From the IMG/VR virus record IMGVR_UViG_3300012952_003756, positions 4,776 to 68,775 of that record: a DNA stretch of 64,000 nucleotides; one strand, written 5' to 3'. Positions within the stretch are counted from its first letter, which is position 1. Each line of letters starts with the position of its first letter. Of the stretch, positions 28,821-39,271 are shown in pieces. This DNA comes from a virus. Its lineage: Duplodnaviria; Caudoviricetes. The notes beneath the pieces are model-generated. The model searched no databases. It was not told where the DNA came from and saw nothing but the letters and a program-made list of their open reading frames with translations. The position numbers and the translations under genes are program-made.

Positions 28821-30616
28821 TACTCTACGGTTCCTCCAATATCTGAATCTGGATATTTTATTTCAAAAATAGTATCTGCCGGTGGGAATAAAAATCTACC
28901 GTCAGCAGAAAGTGCATCATCTATAGAGATTGGAGAATCTGCGTACAAAGCACCTGTTTGAACTTTTAGCTCAACTTCCACAACATCTAATAAGTCTGGA
29001 ACTGATTTTAGTATTTGATATATGTCAGTGATTATAATTGGCTCTCCAATGTAAAAAGTTTTAGTGTAAGCGTCTCGCAGGGCGCGGTTTGCCTCCACAA
29101 GAAGGTCATATTTGTTCGTACCGGGAAATGGTATAATTTTAAATTCTATTCCAATATTACAAATGCTTGCATCCAAAATATCAATTGTGTCGTTGATCAT
29201 TTTATACTGATTTATCCATGTTTTTAAATTATTTTTAATAGTATCATTAGCGTGAACCAAATCGCCACTATCATCTTCTGTTATTACATAATAATTTATA
29301 TTTCTTTGATTATAAGAATCAGTATCTAATTCCAAGGAGACCCTCTTAACTTTTCCGTATTTAGAGGGCATGTTGTATGCAAGGCCTATATAATCCTGCT
29401 TTGTAACCGCCCTATATTGAGAGGCAAAATTTGACATTGCCCTTTCTTTAATTTCATCTATAGAAATTATGCCAACATCTCCCACAATGGGATCTTCATT
29501 CGAGACAGCTAAGCTTGTTTGGACTTCTGACATTTTTGACTCGTCTAGCGCATCTTGCTGCTCTGCTGGAAAACTAAAATCGGAAACTCCAATGGAAGTC
29601 ACTGTGTTGGCTGCAGCGTTTACATTTTCATTTGTATTTGTTCTATAAATAATTGTCAAGGTTGTGTTGGACGGTGCAACTCCCAGCTTGTCTGTTTGAT
29701 TTAAAATAGAAGGGTCAAAAGAAGTATCCGTGATATAATCTTTCGCATGCATTTCTAATACAACTTCTGACGGATCTTTCACTTCAACTGGCGTCTCTTC
29801 ACTTCCTTGACCAAACTGTAAAAATAACCCATCGGGAGTTGCCTCTACTTTAAATCGGCGCGCAACAGCGACCGGCTTTAATATATATGGAGCCGTGCTA
29901 TTGTCGGAATTTTTGTTCATAACGGGCACGTAAAGCACATCTTGACTTAAATAATCCACTTCAAAATATTGATTACCGTTATCATCAAAAACTGAAACTA
30001 TTTCGGTTATGTTCTCCCCCAGCAGTGATATTTTTAAAAACGGGGTGTAGTCGCCTATTGAAATTTCTTGTACGGCTAAATCGCCAGAAACAACTTGGCC
30101 CGTTGCTTTGACTGCATAAGACGTCGGATTTCCAGTGTCCGGATCTTGATTCGCAACGACAACTGGATTGTTATAGAGTGAAAAATCAACATCCTCAAGT
30201 AAAGAGAAGATTGTATTGTTTGTAGAAAGGAAAGTAGACCCTTTACGCAAAGTCGGCATGTATCTTTCGTCAGGTGCTTGAGATGCCGCTTCGGCTGGCA
30301 CTGTAATATAAAAAGTGCAAACTCCATATGAAGAGGGATACGGTTTATATTTATACCCCATTTGACGGCTTAGTTTTAAAACATTATCAAATTCAATAGC
30401 AGTGTCTAAAAAAGACTCATTAGCTTGATAGTCGGTATAAAACGAGAGCATATCACCCACATATGCAACCGTATCTAACATCATCGACCCAAAAGACGCT
30501 TCTGTAAAATCCCTATAATTATCAGGGTAATATCTCTTAACGTATGATTCCAAATCCTCTCTAATCGAATTGAAATCCCTACTAGTATAATTTATTGCTG
30601 GTTTTTTAGTCGCCAT
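28820..30616 (-). CDS. Baseplate wedge protein (T4 gp6 / baseplate J-like)
   Basis: INYTSRDFNSIREDL...DFTEASFGSMMLDTVAYVGDMLSFY.D.QANESFLDTA...LSRQMGYK and SQYRAVTKQDY; adjacent to gp25. Confidence 0.85.
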   Translation of the reverse strand: MATKKPAINYTSRDFNSIREDLESYVKRYYPDNYRDFTEASFGSMMLDTVAYVGDMLSFYTDYQANESFLDTAIEFDNVLKLSRQMGYKYKPYPSSYGVCTFYITVPAEAASQAPDERYMPTLRKGSTFLSTNNTIFSLLEDVDFSLYNNPVVVANQDPDTGNPTSYAVKATGQVVSGDLAVQEISIGDYTPFLKISLLGENITEIVSVFDDNGNQYFEVDYLSQDVLYVPVMNKNSDNSTAPYILKPVAVARRFKVEATPDGLFLQFGQGSEETPVEVKDPSEVVLEMHAKDYITDTSFDPSILNQTDKLGVAPSNTTLTIIYRTNTNENVNAAANTVTSIGVSDFSFPAEQQDALDESKMSEVQTSLAVSNEDPIVGDVGIISIDEIKERAMSNFASQYRAVTKQDYIGLAYNMPSKYGKVKRVSLELDTDSYNQRNINYYVITEDDSGDLVHANDTIKNNLKTWINQYKMINDTIDILDASICNIGIEFKIIPFPGTNKYDLLVEANRALRDAYTKTFYIGEPIIITDIYQILKSVPDLLDVVEVELKVQTGALYADSPISIDDALSADGRFLFPPADTIFEIKYPDSDIGGTVE

Positions 30617-30646
30617 GTTTTAGTGTATCCTCTTTTCTTTTTTTAT

Positions 30647-30653
30647 TAATTAG
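30647..30653 (-). promoter_or_regulatory. Candidate phage late promoter CTAATTA
   Basis: About 31 nt upstream of ATG 30616. Confidence 0.5.
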
Positions 30654-30658
30654 GTAAT

Positions 30659-31054
30659 TTAATTTTTAAACGTAATTGTTAGCGAATCGCTTACCCCTGC
30701 GGAAGGAATTGTATATAACACCTGGACCCCTAAAGAATTAGTGGGGGCGCGCTCTCCCGGGATATCCTGCAGATCGATCGCGATTACTTCTTCTATTCTC
30801 ACAAAAGGGACATATCTCTTAACCTGCTCAATTATCCTTTGTCTAAGGGCTCCAAAAACAAAGGAGTCTTGCTCAAATAAATAATTGCGAAGGCCAACAC
30901 CAAAATCCGGATTCATCATTCTTTCACCCGGAGATGTTAAAATAACCATTTTAATATTTTGTTGCGCAACTTCACCAACAGTCTTATTTAATTTATAGTA
31001 ACCGTCAACAGAATCATACTGTAGTGGTAGTTTTGGAGAAAACCCAATTGCCAT
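30659..31054 (-). CDS. Baseplate protein gp25/gpW-like
   Basis: QNIKMVILTSPGERMMNPDFGVGLRNYLFE...IIEQVKRYVPFV, the gp25 signature. Confidence 0.9.
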   Translation of the reverse strand: MAIGFSPKLPLQYDSVDGYYKLNKTVGEVAQQNIKMVILTSPGERMMNPDFGVGLRNYLFEQDSFVFGALRQRIIEQVKRYVPFVRIEEVIAIDLQDIPGERAPTNSLGVQVLYTIPSAGVSDSLTITFKN

Positions 31055-31076
31055 TTTTTATTCAATCTCCTTTACT

Positions 31077-31083
31077 TAATTAG
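31077..31083 (-). promoter_or_regulatory. Candidate phage late promoter CTAATTA
   Basis: About 23 nt upstream of ATG 31054, followed by an AAGGAG SD. Confidence 0.55.
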
Positions 31084-31125
31084 AATTTAAAAATATTTTT
31101 ATTATAAAATATTCACCTATTTACG

Positions 31126-34100
31126 CTAGCATTTCTCATCAATAATCGACTCTTTCTTAGGATCGTCCTTGTCAGATCTTGAGATTAATTTTGCTATCAC
31201 ACCAACTGGTGTCAGTGGGCCCGGGAAAAACCATGGTGTTTTCCACGTTGGGTCACCGATATTTGCGGCCATTTGTACTATTAACTTAAAGAACATTTCT
31301 GCCACATCTTGTGCGCTAGGTGCAGAAGAGTTTAGCTTTTCTTCCTGAGATGCTTCATCCATCACGCTATTAACATAAGAGTAATCACCCTCTATGGACT
31401 TGATCGATTGAGTTATGAAAGAGCTAATTAGCATTTTTGTTGGTGAAAATAGATTATTTAGAGATGGATATGCCGATTGCATTGCATATCGGTATATTAT
31501 TGCTGTTGTAAGTACGCTTTCTTTAACTGGCATCACTTCATTAAAGAGCTTGTTTTCTCCTTCAATTAGCTCTTTTATTAATTTCTTTTTAAGGAGATCA
31601 ACAACTTCAATTCTCGTCTCATTTAAAGTTGATTTTGGAAGATAGACAGTCTTGCTAAGAGAAGTCTTTATCATTTTGCATGCTGCATACAATGTGGGCC
31701 TAACAAAATTGCTGGGGCCTGCGGCGTTTTTATAATATTCATTGCTAGTCAGGCCCTCTTTCATGGCCGAGTTGTCTATAGATATTGGAGCGTGCACGTT
31801 GGAATAAAAAACCAATGCGGCGGAATCTCTGGCAGAATAATGATTATATTTTGAAAACGCGGTGGTGGTTGGGCTTTTGGCGCCCATATTAATAATGTCC
31901 TTCATAACCACATTCCATGGATTGTCTGCTGGATAAAGGAAGTCATTACCATTTTTGAGAGCCGTATATTCTTTAGATATTGGCAAGTCGTGCTGGTTAG
32001 CTAGAGATAGAGTGCCTGTTTGGGTAGCGCTATGTATTTCTTTCCAATAATCCCATAAATTATATTCTATATTTTCTATAGGTATGCAAAGCCATTTTTT
32101 ACTAGATTCAAAATTCAGATCGGCGTAAGCATTTTCTCCAATGGTGAAGGAAGGCTCCGATATTATAAAAGCCTTATCTAAATTATAGTCTCGATCGTTA
32201 ATAGTTCCTAGTGCCGCAGTGATTTTAGAAATATCTGTCAACTCATTGATCTTTCCTTTAATATATTCTTGGGAGAGGGGGGCGGCGGTGTCCGTGTCAT
32301 ATGGGATGACTAAATTCATCCTCATTCCTAGAGAAAAGTCAAACCACAGGTCATAAGGCGCCTCGACAATTGTGGATTTTAACCAATTATAAAAAAGGCC
32401 GGAATATTTATTGTTGTTTTCTGCAGGGGTCTCGGAGCCGGGGATCGCGCCGGCGACGTCATCGAGGAGGCCCTCCTCTTGGAAGTGACTAAAGCCATGC
32501 CTTGTCATAAACTCTTGAATTGTGTCTAAGTAGTATTCGTTAAGCCCACCCGGATCATTAAGATCTCCGTTGTCTCCAACTAGAATATTTACTTCTCTCG
32601 CGCCTGCTATCGTATCGATGGGGTTCGAACCGAACCAAAAGCTCTGTCTTGCCCTTTCATATGTGCCGTCATAGTTATCATAGTGCTCCTCTGCAATAAA
32701 ATCTGCTAGGTTCATCACGCCCCTGCCCTTAAAATTTCGGCGCGCCACAGGTATCACACCGTCAGGGTAATGCTGCCAATAGTAAAATGCATCTAGAAAA
32801 TTAGCTCCAGACGGATTGTTTCCAAGGTATTCCTTGTACTCGGTGAGCTGTCCCCAGTCGAATGTGTCGCCCGAACCCGGGCCGACCTCCATGAAATTGT
32901 TGTAGGGCGGAGTTTGGTTGGTGTCGCGGTGGGAACTAATAATGCTTTGGAAAATTGTTCGAGTACTCCCATATCCGCGTGCCCCGTAGTCCCGTCCCGG
33001 GTTTTCGGGCGACAATCTTTTACCGTCATAGGTCAGCGGGGAAAAGAATACAAGAAAGAAATCTAAGAAAGTCGACTTATCTCCATTTTTCTCTTTATAG
33101 ACCAAAACACCATTTGAATCAAATTCAGAATCTATTTTAGCTATAAGATCCTTAAAGAAATCATTTATGTGTGAAAATTCCTCAACGCGGCTATCATGTG
33201 GTTGGCCTCCGTATTGATAGCCTCTCGGCCATGACGCTGGACCCTTCCAGATATCTTTGTGCATTTTCTCACCATTAAGAGAAGAAAACATTTTACCTTT
33301 GTCGATGTTAACATCTCCAGCGTGTCGAAAAGTGGCCTTTTCCCAATATTCATATGCTGTTTTAAATTTTTTCCAAAAAGCTTGCAAAAAATATTCAGAC
33401 TCTTGGTCGGCCACGTGATCTACTTTATATTCTATTTTATGTGACCCATCATCGTCTTCAAAGACAATAAAATTGGGATGTATATCATCAACTGTGCCGG
33501 GATCTGTTGCCAGTTTAGATTTCATTCTAACAAAAGGCTCATAGTATAATCCCCCATCAGTATTTTCTGGGAGTATGTTTGCCCCGACTTCAATTGTTTC
33601 AAAAGAAGGAAGTTTGCCCACTGTTAGTTCTGCGTCACCTGAGTTGGGCTTTCCGCCAGATATATATTTCCTGCTTGGATATTTAGTATTATCCATCTCT
33701 GCAGAATGTACCGCATAATTAAAAAACCCGTTTGTGAAATAAGACTCTGCTCCAGATTTACCTACGTCTTCCATATCAACAAACTTATCCTTCCAGCTTT
33801 TATCAATGTGCTCGCGAACACGAATATCTAAAATATTATCAATCTCTCTCGCGGACTCTACAATGATAACATCCAAGCACTCTTCTGAGGATTTTATCCT
33901 CATCATCTCAATTTTTTCGGCTTCAGAGAGAAGTTCTCCATTTTCATTTTTCATGGTGTCCAAATCTTCCGGATCGAGAAGGAGAGTGCGACCGTTAATT
34001 AGCTTTTCTGAATATGTTAAGAGATTATCATACCCAGTTGATAATGTGCTCTCTAAGGTACTTTTAATATTTTGCTTTGCAAGGACCATATATTCTGGAT

Positions 34101-37100
34101 CTTCAATAACATCAGATATTTTTGCAAACGTAAACATAAAAATATTTTTTAAAAACTCTTCAACAATGATGGCTTTAATTAATATTTTATATAAACCACA
34201 TAAATTAGCAATTTGCATAGCGTCTGGAGTTGCAAACATACTAACCGTACACTCTAGAGATTCTCGAAATTCTTCTATATCTTGTTTTAATTGATCAACA
34301 TTTAATAAAGGTGTTGTGTCTGTATCGCTGCACTTCTCTAAAGCTTCCGCGTTGGTTAGTGGCATCGAATTGAAGTTTTCATATAAAAGCAATTCATTGT
34401 TTCTTATGTTTGTCCAAACAGTTTCGAGTATTAAGTTAGATGCGATAGGATATAAGCTTTGAAATAAATCTTTTGCAGTTTCATTTTGAATGCCAAAGAA
34501 GTTCAGTGCAGCTGATATGATTTTACCTTGTGGGCCATCTACATTAGAAAAATATTTAAATAGCTGATTGCCGACGTCATCGAAATTAAAATCCTTAACT
34601 TTTGCATCATCTAGTGGAAATTTATATTCTAGAATATCTCCGTTATAGCAGAACAGCCTGATTTGTGGAGAATATACTACTTGATCCCTAAATTTATGCT
34701 CATCATCAGAAAAATTAAAAATTACCCATATAGTATATGGAGTGTTCTCAAGAACGTAAGAAAATTCTGCTATTTTTTTCTTTGGATCGAAGTTTTTTAA
34801 TTGGTCGAGCCCTGCTACCATTTCCGAAATGGTTTTGCGAAAATCTTCGGCAACAAATTTAAAATCTCCACCTGAACTCTCTTCGCCTATTTTCTCCAAC
34901 ATTTTACCTACGGCGGCGCCGTACATCTCTTGGGCTTGAGTAGGATCGTCTAATTTACTTGGCATTCCTTCAATTAATTTATTGATTACGTTCGGAATGC
35001 TACTTTTACCGTCTCTCACCAAAGGCTTATATACAGACAAGTTGTTGTTAAATGCGTCATCAATAACTTTATATGTGTGGTCGTTTAATTTTTGCTGCAT
35101 AAAAAGTTGTGTTGGGTGAGTCTGGCTTTTCATCATAGGCTTTTTGCCAACCTGCTTGGGAGAACATGGGCCACAAAAAAGAGGGGGATACATATCTTGC
35201 ATCCTCTCTTTATCTAAAAATGGTAGCCAAGATAACAGGTCTTCCATTACACTTTCTTTGTCACCTGCTGCTAAATTAGCAATATCTTCTTCGTCCAAAG
35301 TGTCCGCTAAGATGCTCAGCGTCTCAGGATCACAAAGAGAAGCCAATTGTTTTTGAGCTTCATCATAGTTCTCGATATTTTCTTCAAAAATATTTGGATC
35401 AATACCCTCTCCAATGTCCGCCAAAGCATCATGCACTTGCTGCGGCGAGACAAAATCTGGAGGCAGATCATATGGCACTCTTTTTCCAGAAGAGTCTTCT
35501 TTGGTCGCCTGATCTCGGTTTCCAGGGGTATATCCTAGGGATCCAGCAATAGAATCTAAAGATTCGCCTGGAAAATCTTTAGCTAATTGGTTTTTCGTTT
35601 CTTCGCTCATGATGCCAAGAGCAATTGTTGAATAAGTTGAATTAATGGAATAGTCCCCACAGCCGGTTGTAAAAACTCTTTTTATTTCTCTCGGAGAACA
35701 AATATTACCTATCTCATTGAAACCATCTACTAACTTTTGAATATCTTGATTAAAGAAATGTTCTGCTTTCATATCTTTAAACTTATCCCAAATCTGTTCT
35801 TGACCTCCGTCTTCATAGAGTGTTGAATTCATTAACATTTCTTCTAGACTTGTTGTGCTAAAAACATTTTTCCCATCAGACGAATTACACATGTCCTTGG
35901 TTAAACTTCCATGAACTTCATCTTTAATCCACTTTAACAAAACCAGCACAGAGGCAAAAACCAAATTCATGGCCATGTCTTGCATTCCTTTTGTAAAAGC
36001 TTTTTTCAAGTCATTCATTTTGTTGCGACTATTTAAGAAATTTTTAATAGGATCCACTATTCTATCTAAAGCCAGTGTCGCTTCTTTATCTATGTTGTGT
36101 GCCTTGTCTTTTCCTCCAGACAACATGCCATCAACAACGCCTTCAGCAACTTCTTGAGAAATTTCAAGCAACTGTGTTACTGGACCATATAGAGTAAGAA
36201 TACAATCACATATAGCATCGTTTGCCTGATCTTCTGCCCATTTTGCCAATTCATCACTAAAATCATCTGGGGATCTTCCCAATTTCTTTTGCATAAAAGG
36301 GTCAGAGCAGTAAAGGCTCGTCAATTTAGAAAGCGCCTTTGCTTGTTCGCCGGCATCATCAGTTTGTGAAAACTTATCCGGATATCTATCCATGGCAACT
36401 TTATAGACCATCCCAGTCCTTCCAGTTATTTTTTCCTCAAGTTTTGCAATTGCTAATTCGCCTGGTGCGCCTAGGTCTCTCAAACAGGGGTAAAGCTGCT
36501 GGCGTATTTCAGCAATAGGGAGAGTTTTTAAAGTAGTGCCACACAATTCTTTGCGCATAGTGTCGTTATCTATACACTTAAATAAGATAGTTGAAGCTAT
36601 TTTAATTAGCTCAGATATGGGAATCTTATTTAGCATTTTGTCGTACATCGATGTTAGAGATTGTATTTCAGAAACAACTGCCTGCAACATATTTTCATCT
36701 GACGATTCCATATAAGTAACGTTAGAAACGCCGGCAATTAAGTTTTTTACATCCGGGCCGAGGACATGAAGTGGGTCTTGAACATATTTTCCAGTGAATA
36801 AAAGATCTTTGAACGCTTGATTTTTTAACTGCTCTCCGATCTTTAAAGTTGTCATCCATCCTTTTTGAAAATCGCTAGCGGCGGCGCCGGAATAAGAAAC
36901 TTCTGGCTGCGGATGGACATAGGTGTTAACAAAATTTAGCCACGACTGCTCGGTGCCAAACAAATCACCACTTTCTTTATTTGTTGTTTTTAAATAACGA
37001 GAGTACCTCCTATTAATTGCCGGCAATAGATAAACAAAATTGTTAATTGTAGCTGAAGTAAAAGGCCCTTCAGACTTCAAAGACTCCAAAGAGGTTCGAA

Positions 37101-38223
37101 GAGCATATGCATTCATATCAGAGTCATCTTCACACAAACAATCAGCAATTTCACTATATGCAACATATTGTAGTGCAAAATCTTTCGTAAAGCCAAACTG
37201 AAATGCTCCATTTGTTTTTTCTAGAGTTTCTAGATTGTCTTTTTTATTATCCAATAATAGACTATTAATTGAATCAGATATTTGGCGAATATTTTCTATT
37301 ACACAACTGCCCTTAAAAGACACATTAACACCGCTCTCTGCTTCTGCAATGTTTATTTGCGCATCGAATTTGCTTAAAATAGTTTCTAGATTTTTTAGAT
37401 ATGTTTTAAAATCTTTAGCAAATATCATCACCTCGTTGGAAACAGCTGAGTAGTCTATAGATTCATCATCTTTGGGAGGGAGGGAATTTACCCAACTAGC
37501 ATCAAACATAACTTTAATCCACAAAGTCTGATGTGCGGGATTGCGCGGAAGCATATTCCAAGATTCGACCATGGTCTTGCCTTTTGCTTTTTTATTTTTT
37601 GGTATTATTCCAAATTTCTTAGACCAAACATCTAGCTGTTTACTGCCGACCGCTTTATCCAAATCCCTTTTTAGTTTCCCCAGGGCCCACATTTTGCACT
37701 TATCAGTAAAATCAGGAGTGCCCAAAAGTGTGCCGGCTTGCCCATATTCTCCAATTTTATATTTTCCGTCGGGCGTGGCGGGAGTAAATTGCTTATATTC
37801 TATTAAATTTATATTTTTTGTAATATCTTCAAAAACCAATGGCACCACATAATATTTGCCATCTTTTGACATATGTGTTTTTTGCTTTTGCCACCATTTT
37901 GCGACTCCTTCGAATCCAGACTCTTTTTGTGATGAATCGTTAAAAGATGGACCTACGCCATAAGATTTTTTTATTTCACTAATCTTATATGCCCAGCCAT
38001 AATCCTCTTCAGGGGGAAACATATTAGTGTCTTCCATCTTTTCATAAATTTGTTTTTTGAACTCTTCAAGTGTTGGTTCATAGACATTTTTAGTGGCATG
38101 TGCTGCTTCGTCATAATATGTTTCCACCAGCAGTACATGCCCTTTTTCTGGAGAGTTTTTTAAGCTTTTCCATAATTTTTCAATTTCTTTAATTAAAGCC
38201 GGTGTTTCAATCATCGTTACCAT
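31126..38223 (-). CDS. Very large hypothetical virion/baseplate-associated protein (2365 aa)
   Basis: Long ORF between spike genes and gp25; mostly alpha-helical, acidic N-terminal two-thirds; no family recognised. Confidence 0.55.
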   Translation of the reverse strand: MVTMIETPALIKEIEKLWKSLKNSPEKGHVLLVETYYDEAAHATKNVYEPTLEEFKKQIYEKMEDTNMFPPEEDYGWAYKISEIKKSYGVGPSFNDSSQKESGFEGVAKWWQKQKTHMSKDGKYYVVPLVFEDITKNINLIEYKQFTPATPDGKYKIGEYGQAGTLLGTPDFTDKCKMWALGKLKRDLDKAVGSKQLDVWSKKFGIIPKNKKAKGKTMVESWNMLPRNPAHQTLWIKVMFDASWVNSLPPKDDESIDYSAVSNEVMIFAKDFKTYLKNLETILSKFDAQINIAEAESGVNVSFKGSCVIENIRQISDSINSLLLDNKKDNLETLEKTNGAFQFGFTKDFALQYVAYSEIADCLCEDDSDMNAYALRTSLESLKSEGPFTSATINNFVYLLPAINRRYSRYLKTTNKESGDLFGTEQSWLNFVNTYVHPQPEVSYSGAAASDFQKGWMTTLKIGEQLKNQAFKDLLFTGKYVQDPLHVLGPDVKNLIAGVSNVTYMESSDENMLQAVVSEIQSLTSMYDKMLNKIPISELIKIASTILFKCIDNDTMRKELCGTTLKTLPIAEIRQQLYPCLRDLGAPGELAIAKLEEKITGRTGMVYKVAMDRYPDKFSQTDDAGEQAKALSKLTSLYCSDPFMQKKLGRSPDDFSDELAKWAEDQANDAICDCILTLYGPVTQLLEISQEVAEGVVDGMLSGGKDKAHNIDKEATLALDRIVDPIKNFLNSRNKMNDLKKAFTKGMQDMAMNLVFASVLVLLKWIKDEVHGSLTKDMCNSSDGKNVFSTTSLEEMLMNSTLYEDGGQEQIWDKFKDMKAEHFFNQDIQKLVDGFNEIGNICSPREIKRVFTTGCGDYSINSTYSTIALGIMSEETKNQLAKDFPGESLDSIAGSLGYTPGNRDQATKEDSSGKRVPYDLPPDFVSPQQVHDALADIGEGIDPNIFEENIENYDEAQKQLASLCDPETLSILADTLDEEDIANLAAGDKESVMEDLLSWLPFLDKERMQDMYPPLFCGPCSPKQVGKKPMMKSQTHPTQLFMQQKLNDHTYKVIDDAFNNNLSVYKPLVRDGKSSIPNVINKLIEGMPSKLDDPTQAQEMYGAAVGKMLEKIGEESSGGDFKFVAEDFRKTISEMVAGLDQLKNFDPKKKIAEFSYVLENTPYTIWVIFNFSDDEHKFRDQVVYSPQIRLFCYNGDILEYKFPLDDAKVKDFNFDDVGNQLFKYFSNVDGPQGKIISAALNFFGIQNETAKDLFQSLYPIASNLILETVWTNIRNNELLLYENFNSMPLTNAEALEKCSDTDTTPLLNVDQLKQDIEEFRESLECTVSMFATPDAMQIANLCGLYKILIKAIIVEEFLKNIFMFTFAKISDVIEDPEYMVLAKQNIKSTLESTLSTGYDNLLTYSEKLINGRTLLLDPEDLDTMKNENGELLSEAEKIEMMRIKSSEECLDVIIVESAREIDNILDIRVREHIDKSWKDKFVDMEDVGKSGAESYFTNGFFNYAVHSAEMDNTKYPSRKYISGGKPNSGDAELTVGKLPSFETIEVGANILPENTDGGLYYEPFVRMKSKLATDPGTVDDIHPNFIVFEDDDGSHKIEYKVDHVADQESEYFLQAFWKKFKTAYEYWEKATFRHAGDVNIDKGKMFSSLNGEKMHKDIWKGPASWPRGYQYGGQPHDSRVEEFSHINDFFKDLIAKIDSEFDSNGVLVYKEKNGDKSTFLDFFLVFFSPLTYDGKRLSPENPGRDYGARGYGSTRTIFQSIISSHRDTNQTPPYNNFMEVGPGSGDTFDWGQLTEYKEYLGNNPSGANFLDAFYYWQHYPDGVIPVARRNFKGRGVMNLADFIAEEHYDNYDGTYERARQSFWFGSNPIDTIAGAREVNILVGDNGDLNDPGGLNEYYLDTIQEFMTRHGFSHFQEEGLLDDVAGAIPGSETPAENNNKYSGLFYNWLKSTIVEAPYDLWFDFSLGMRMNLVIPYDTDTAAPLSQEYIKGKINELTDISKITAALGTINDRDYNLDKAFIISEPSFTIGENAYADLNFESSKKWLCIPIENIEYNLWDYWKEIHSATQTGTLSLANQHDLPISKEYTALKNGNDFLYPADNPWNVVMKDIINMGAKSPTTTAFSKYNHYSARDSAALVFYSNVHAPISIDNSAMKEGLTSNEYYKNAAGPSNFVRPTLYAACKMIKTSLSKTVYLPKSTLNETRIEVVDLLKKKLIKELIEGENKLFNEVMPVKESVLTTAIIYRYAMQSAYPSLNNLFSPTKMLISSFITQSIKSIEGDYSYVNSVMDEASQEEKLNSSAPSAQDVAEMFFKLIVQMAANIGDPTWKTPWFFPGPLTPVGVIAKLISRSDKDDPKKESIIDEKC

Positions 38224-38250
38224 TGCAAAACCTTTATCCTTTATTCTTAC

Positions 38251-39258
38251 CTAACTTGTATATACGTGCCTACTATTAAGCCAATCTGAACTAAATTTTT
38301 GTAACCTTCGTGTTTTAATGCCCGCGTTTCTCATTGTATGCAACATTAGATCTTTTTTGCAGGATAATCCACTGGTTATAGCATCAAAGCCTGCGGAGGT
38401 ACAATCAAAAGAAACTAAAGTCTCTCCTCCACAAAATGCAGTAGGATTGCCGCTAGCTAACGTTCCTATGCTCATGCCGGTCGGAGAAGGGTGTTTGTGA
38501 CTCATAAGCGCAGTGTTAAATTTATGTTGAAACATTAAAAAATTATCAACAATACCAGCTAGCTCGTTAATAGTATCAACTATATCATCAAGCGCCTTTA
38601 ATAAATTATTTCCTTTTGGGATTGGGTGCATTTTATCTTCTGGTACATTGCCACCGGCAATAATATTAATATAGGGAACAGACCTGATTGGTTTATTTTT
38701 TGAATTTTTAAGATCTACGCCAGAAACAATCTTCACACTCTCTCTACCTTCAAGTCTTAAGTTATCCGCCTTCAAAACTGCAGCCGATTTTTGTTTTCTG
38801 TTACCTATGTTGCCGTCCGGATAACCAAACATGTCATCCACGTTGCATAGCTGAGATAAATAAAGCCTTGATGCATCTTTTGCAGCATTAGGATTCACTG
38901 GAACATCTGGCACTTTTCCATCCGCAGTGGCATGAGAAGCCAGGCCGGCGTATATGTCAACAGCAGAGCAGCCAGTTGCGCCTTTTCCGCCGAAACCACC
39001 GCCATATTTAAGTTGGGCGCCGCTAGAATGCCTCTCTTCATTCATTCTATCGACACCAATTCTTATACCAGACCCATACGAACCTTCAAAATACATTTCC
39101 CCAAAGGGATATTTCGAAATTTCTGGTACGCTGTATTCGTTCGAATCTCCGTCAATACCTGAGACGAGCAGGACAGAGCCCGCATCTAAATTTTTCTCTA
39201 GTTGCCTTTCCTGCGGAATTAGTCGAGAATCTCTAACTGGAATTTTCTTATTTGACAT
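38251..39258 (-). CDS. Baseplate central spike C-terminal (gp5C/gpV-like) protein
   Basis: Start moved to ATG 39258 (AGGAG SD). DAARIYISQ-like KDASRLYLSQ, ADNLRLEGRESVKIVSG beta-strand repeats, and LMSHKHP (H-x-H as in metal-binding spike tips). Confidence 0.55.
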   Translation of the reverse strand: MSNKKIPVRDSRLIPQERQLEKNLDAGSVLLVSGIDGDSNEYSVPEISKYPFGEMYFEGSYGSGIRIGVDRMNEERHSSGAQLKYGGGFGGKGATGCSAVDIYAGLASHATADGKVPDVPVNPNAAKDASRLYLSQLCNVDDMFGYPDGNIGNRKQKSAAVLKADNLRLEGRESVKIVSGVDLKNSKNKPIRSVPYINIIAGGNVPEDKMHPIPKGNNLLKALDDIVDTINELAGIVDNFLMFQHKFNTALMSHKHPSPTGMSIGTLASGNPTAFCGGETLVSFDCTSAGFDAITSGLSCKKDLMLHTMRNAGIKTRRLQKFSSDWLNSRHVYTS

Positions 39259-39271
39259 AACATAGCTCCTT

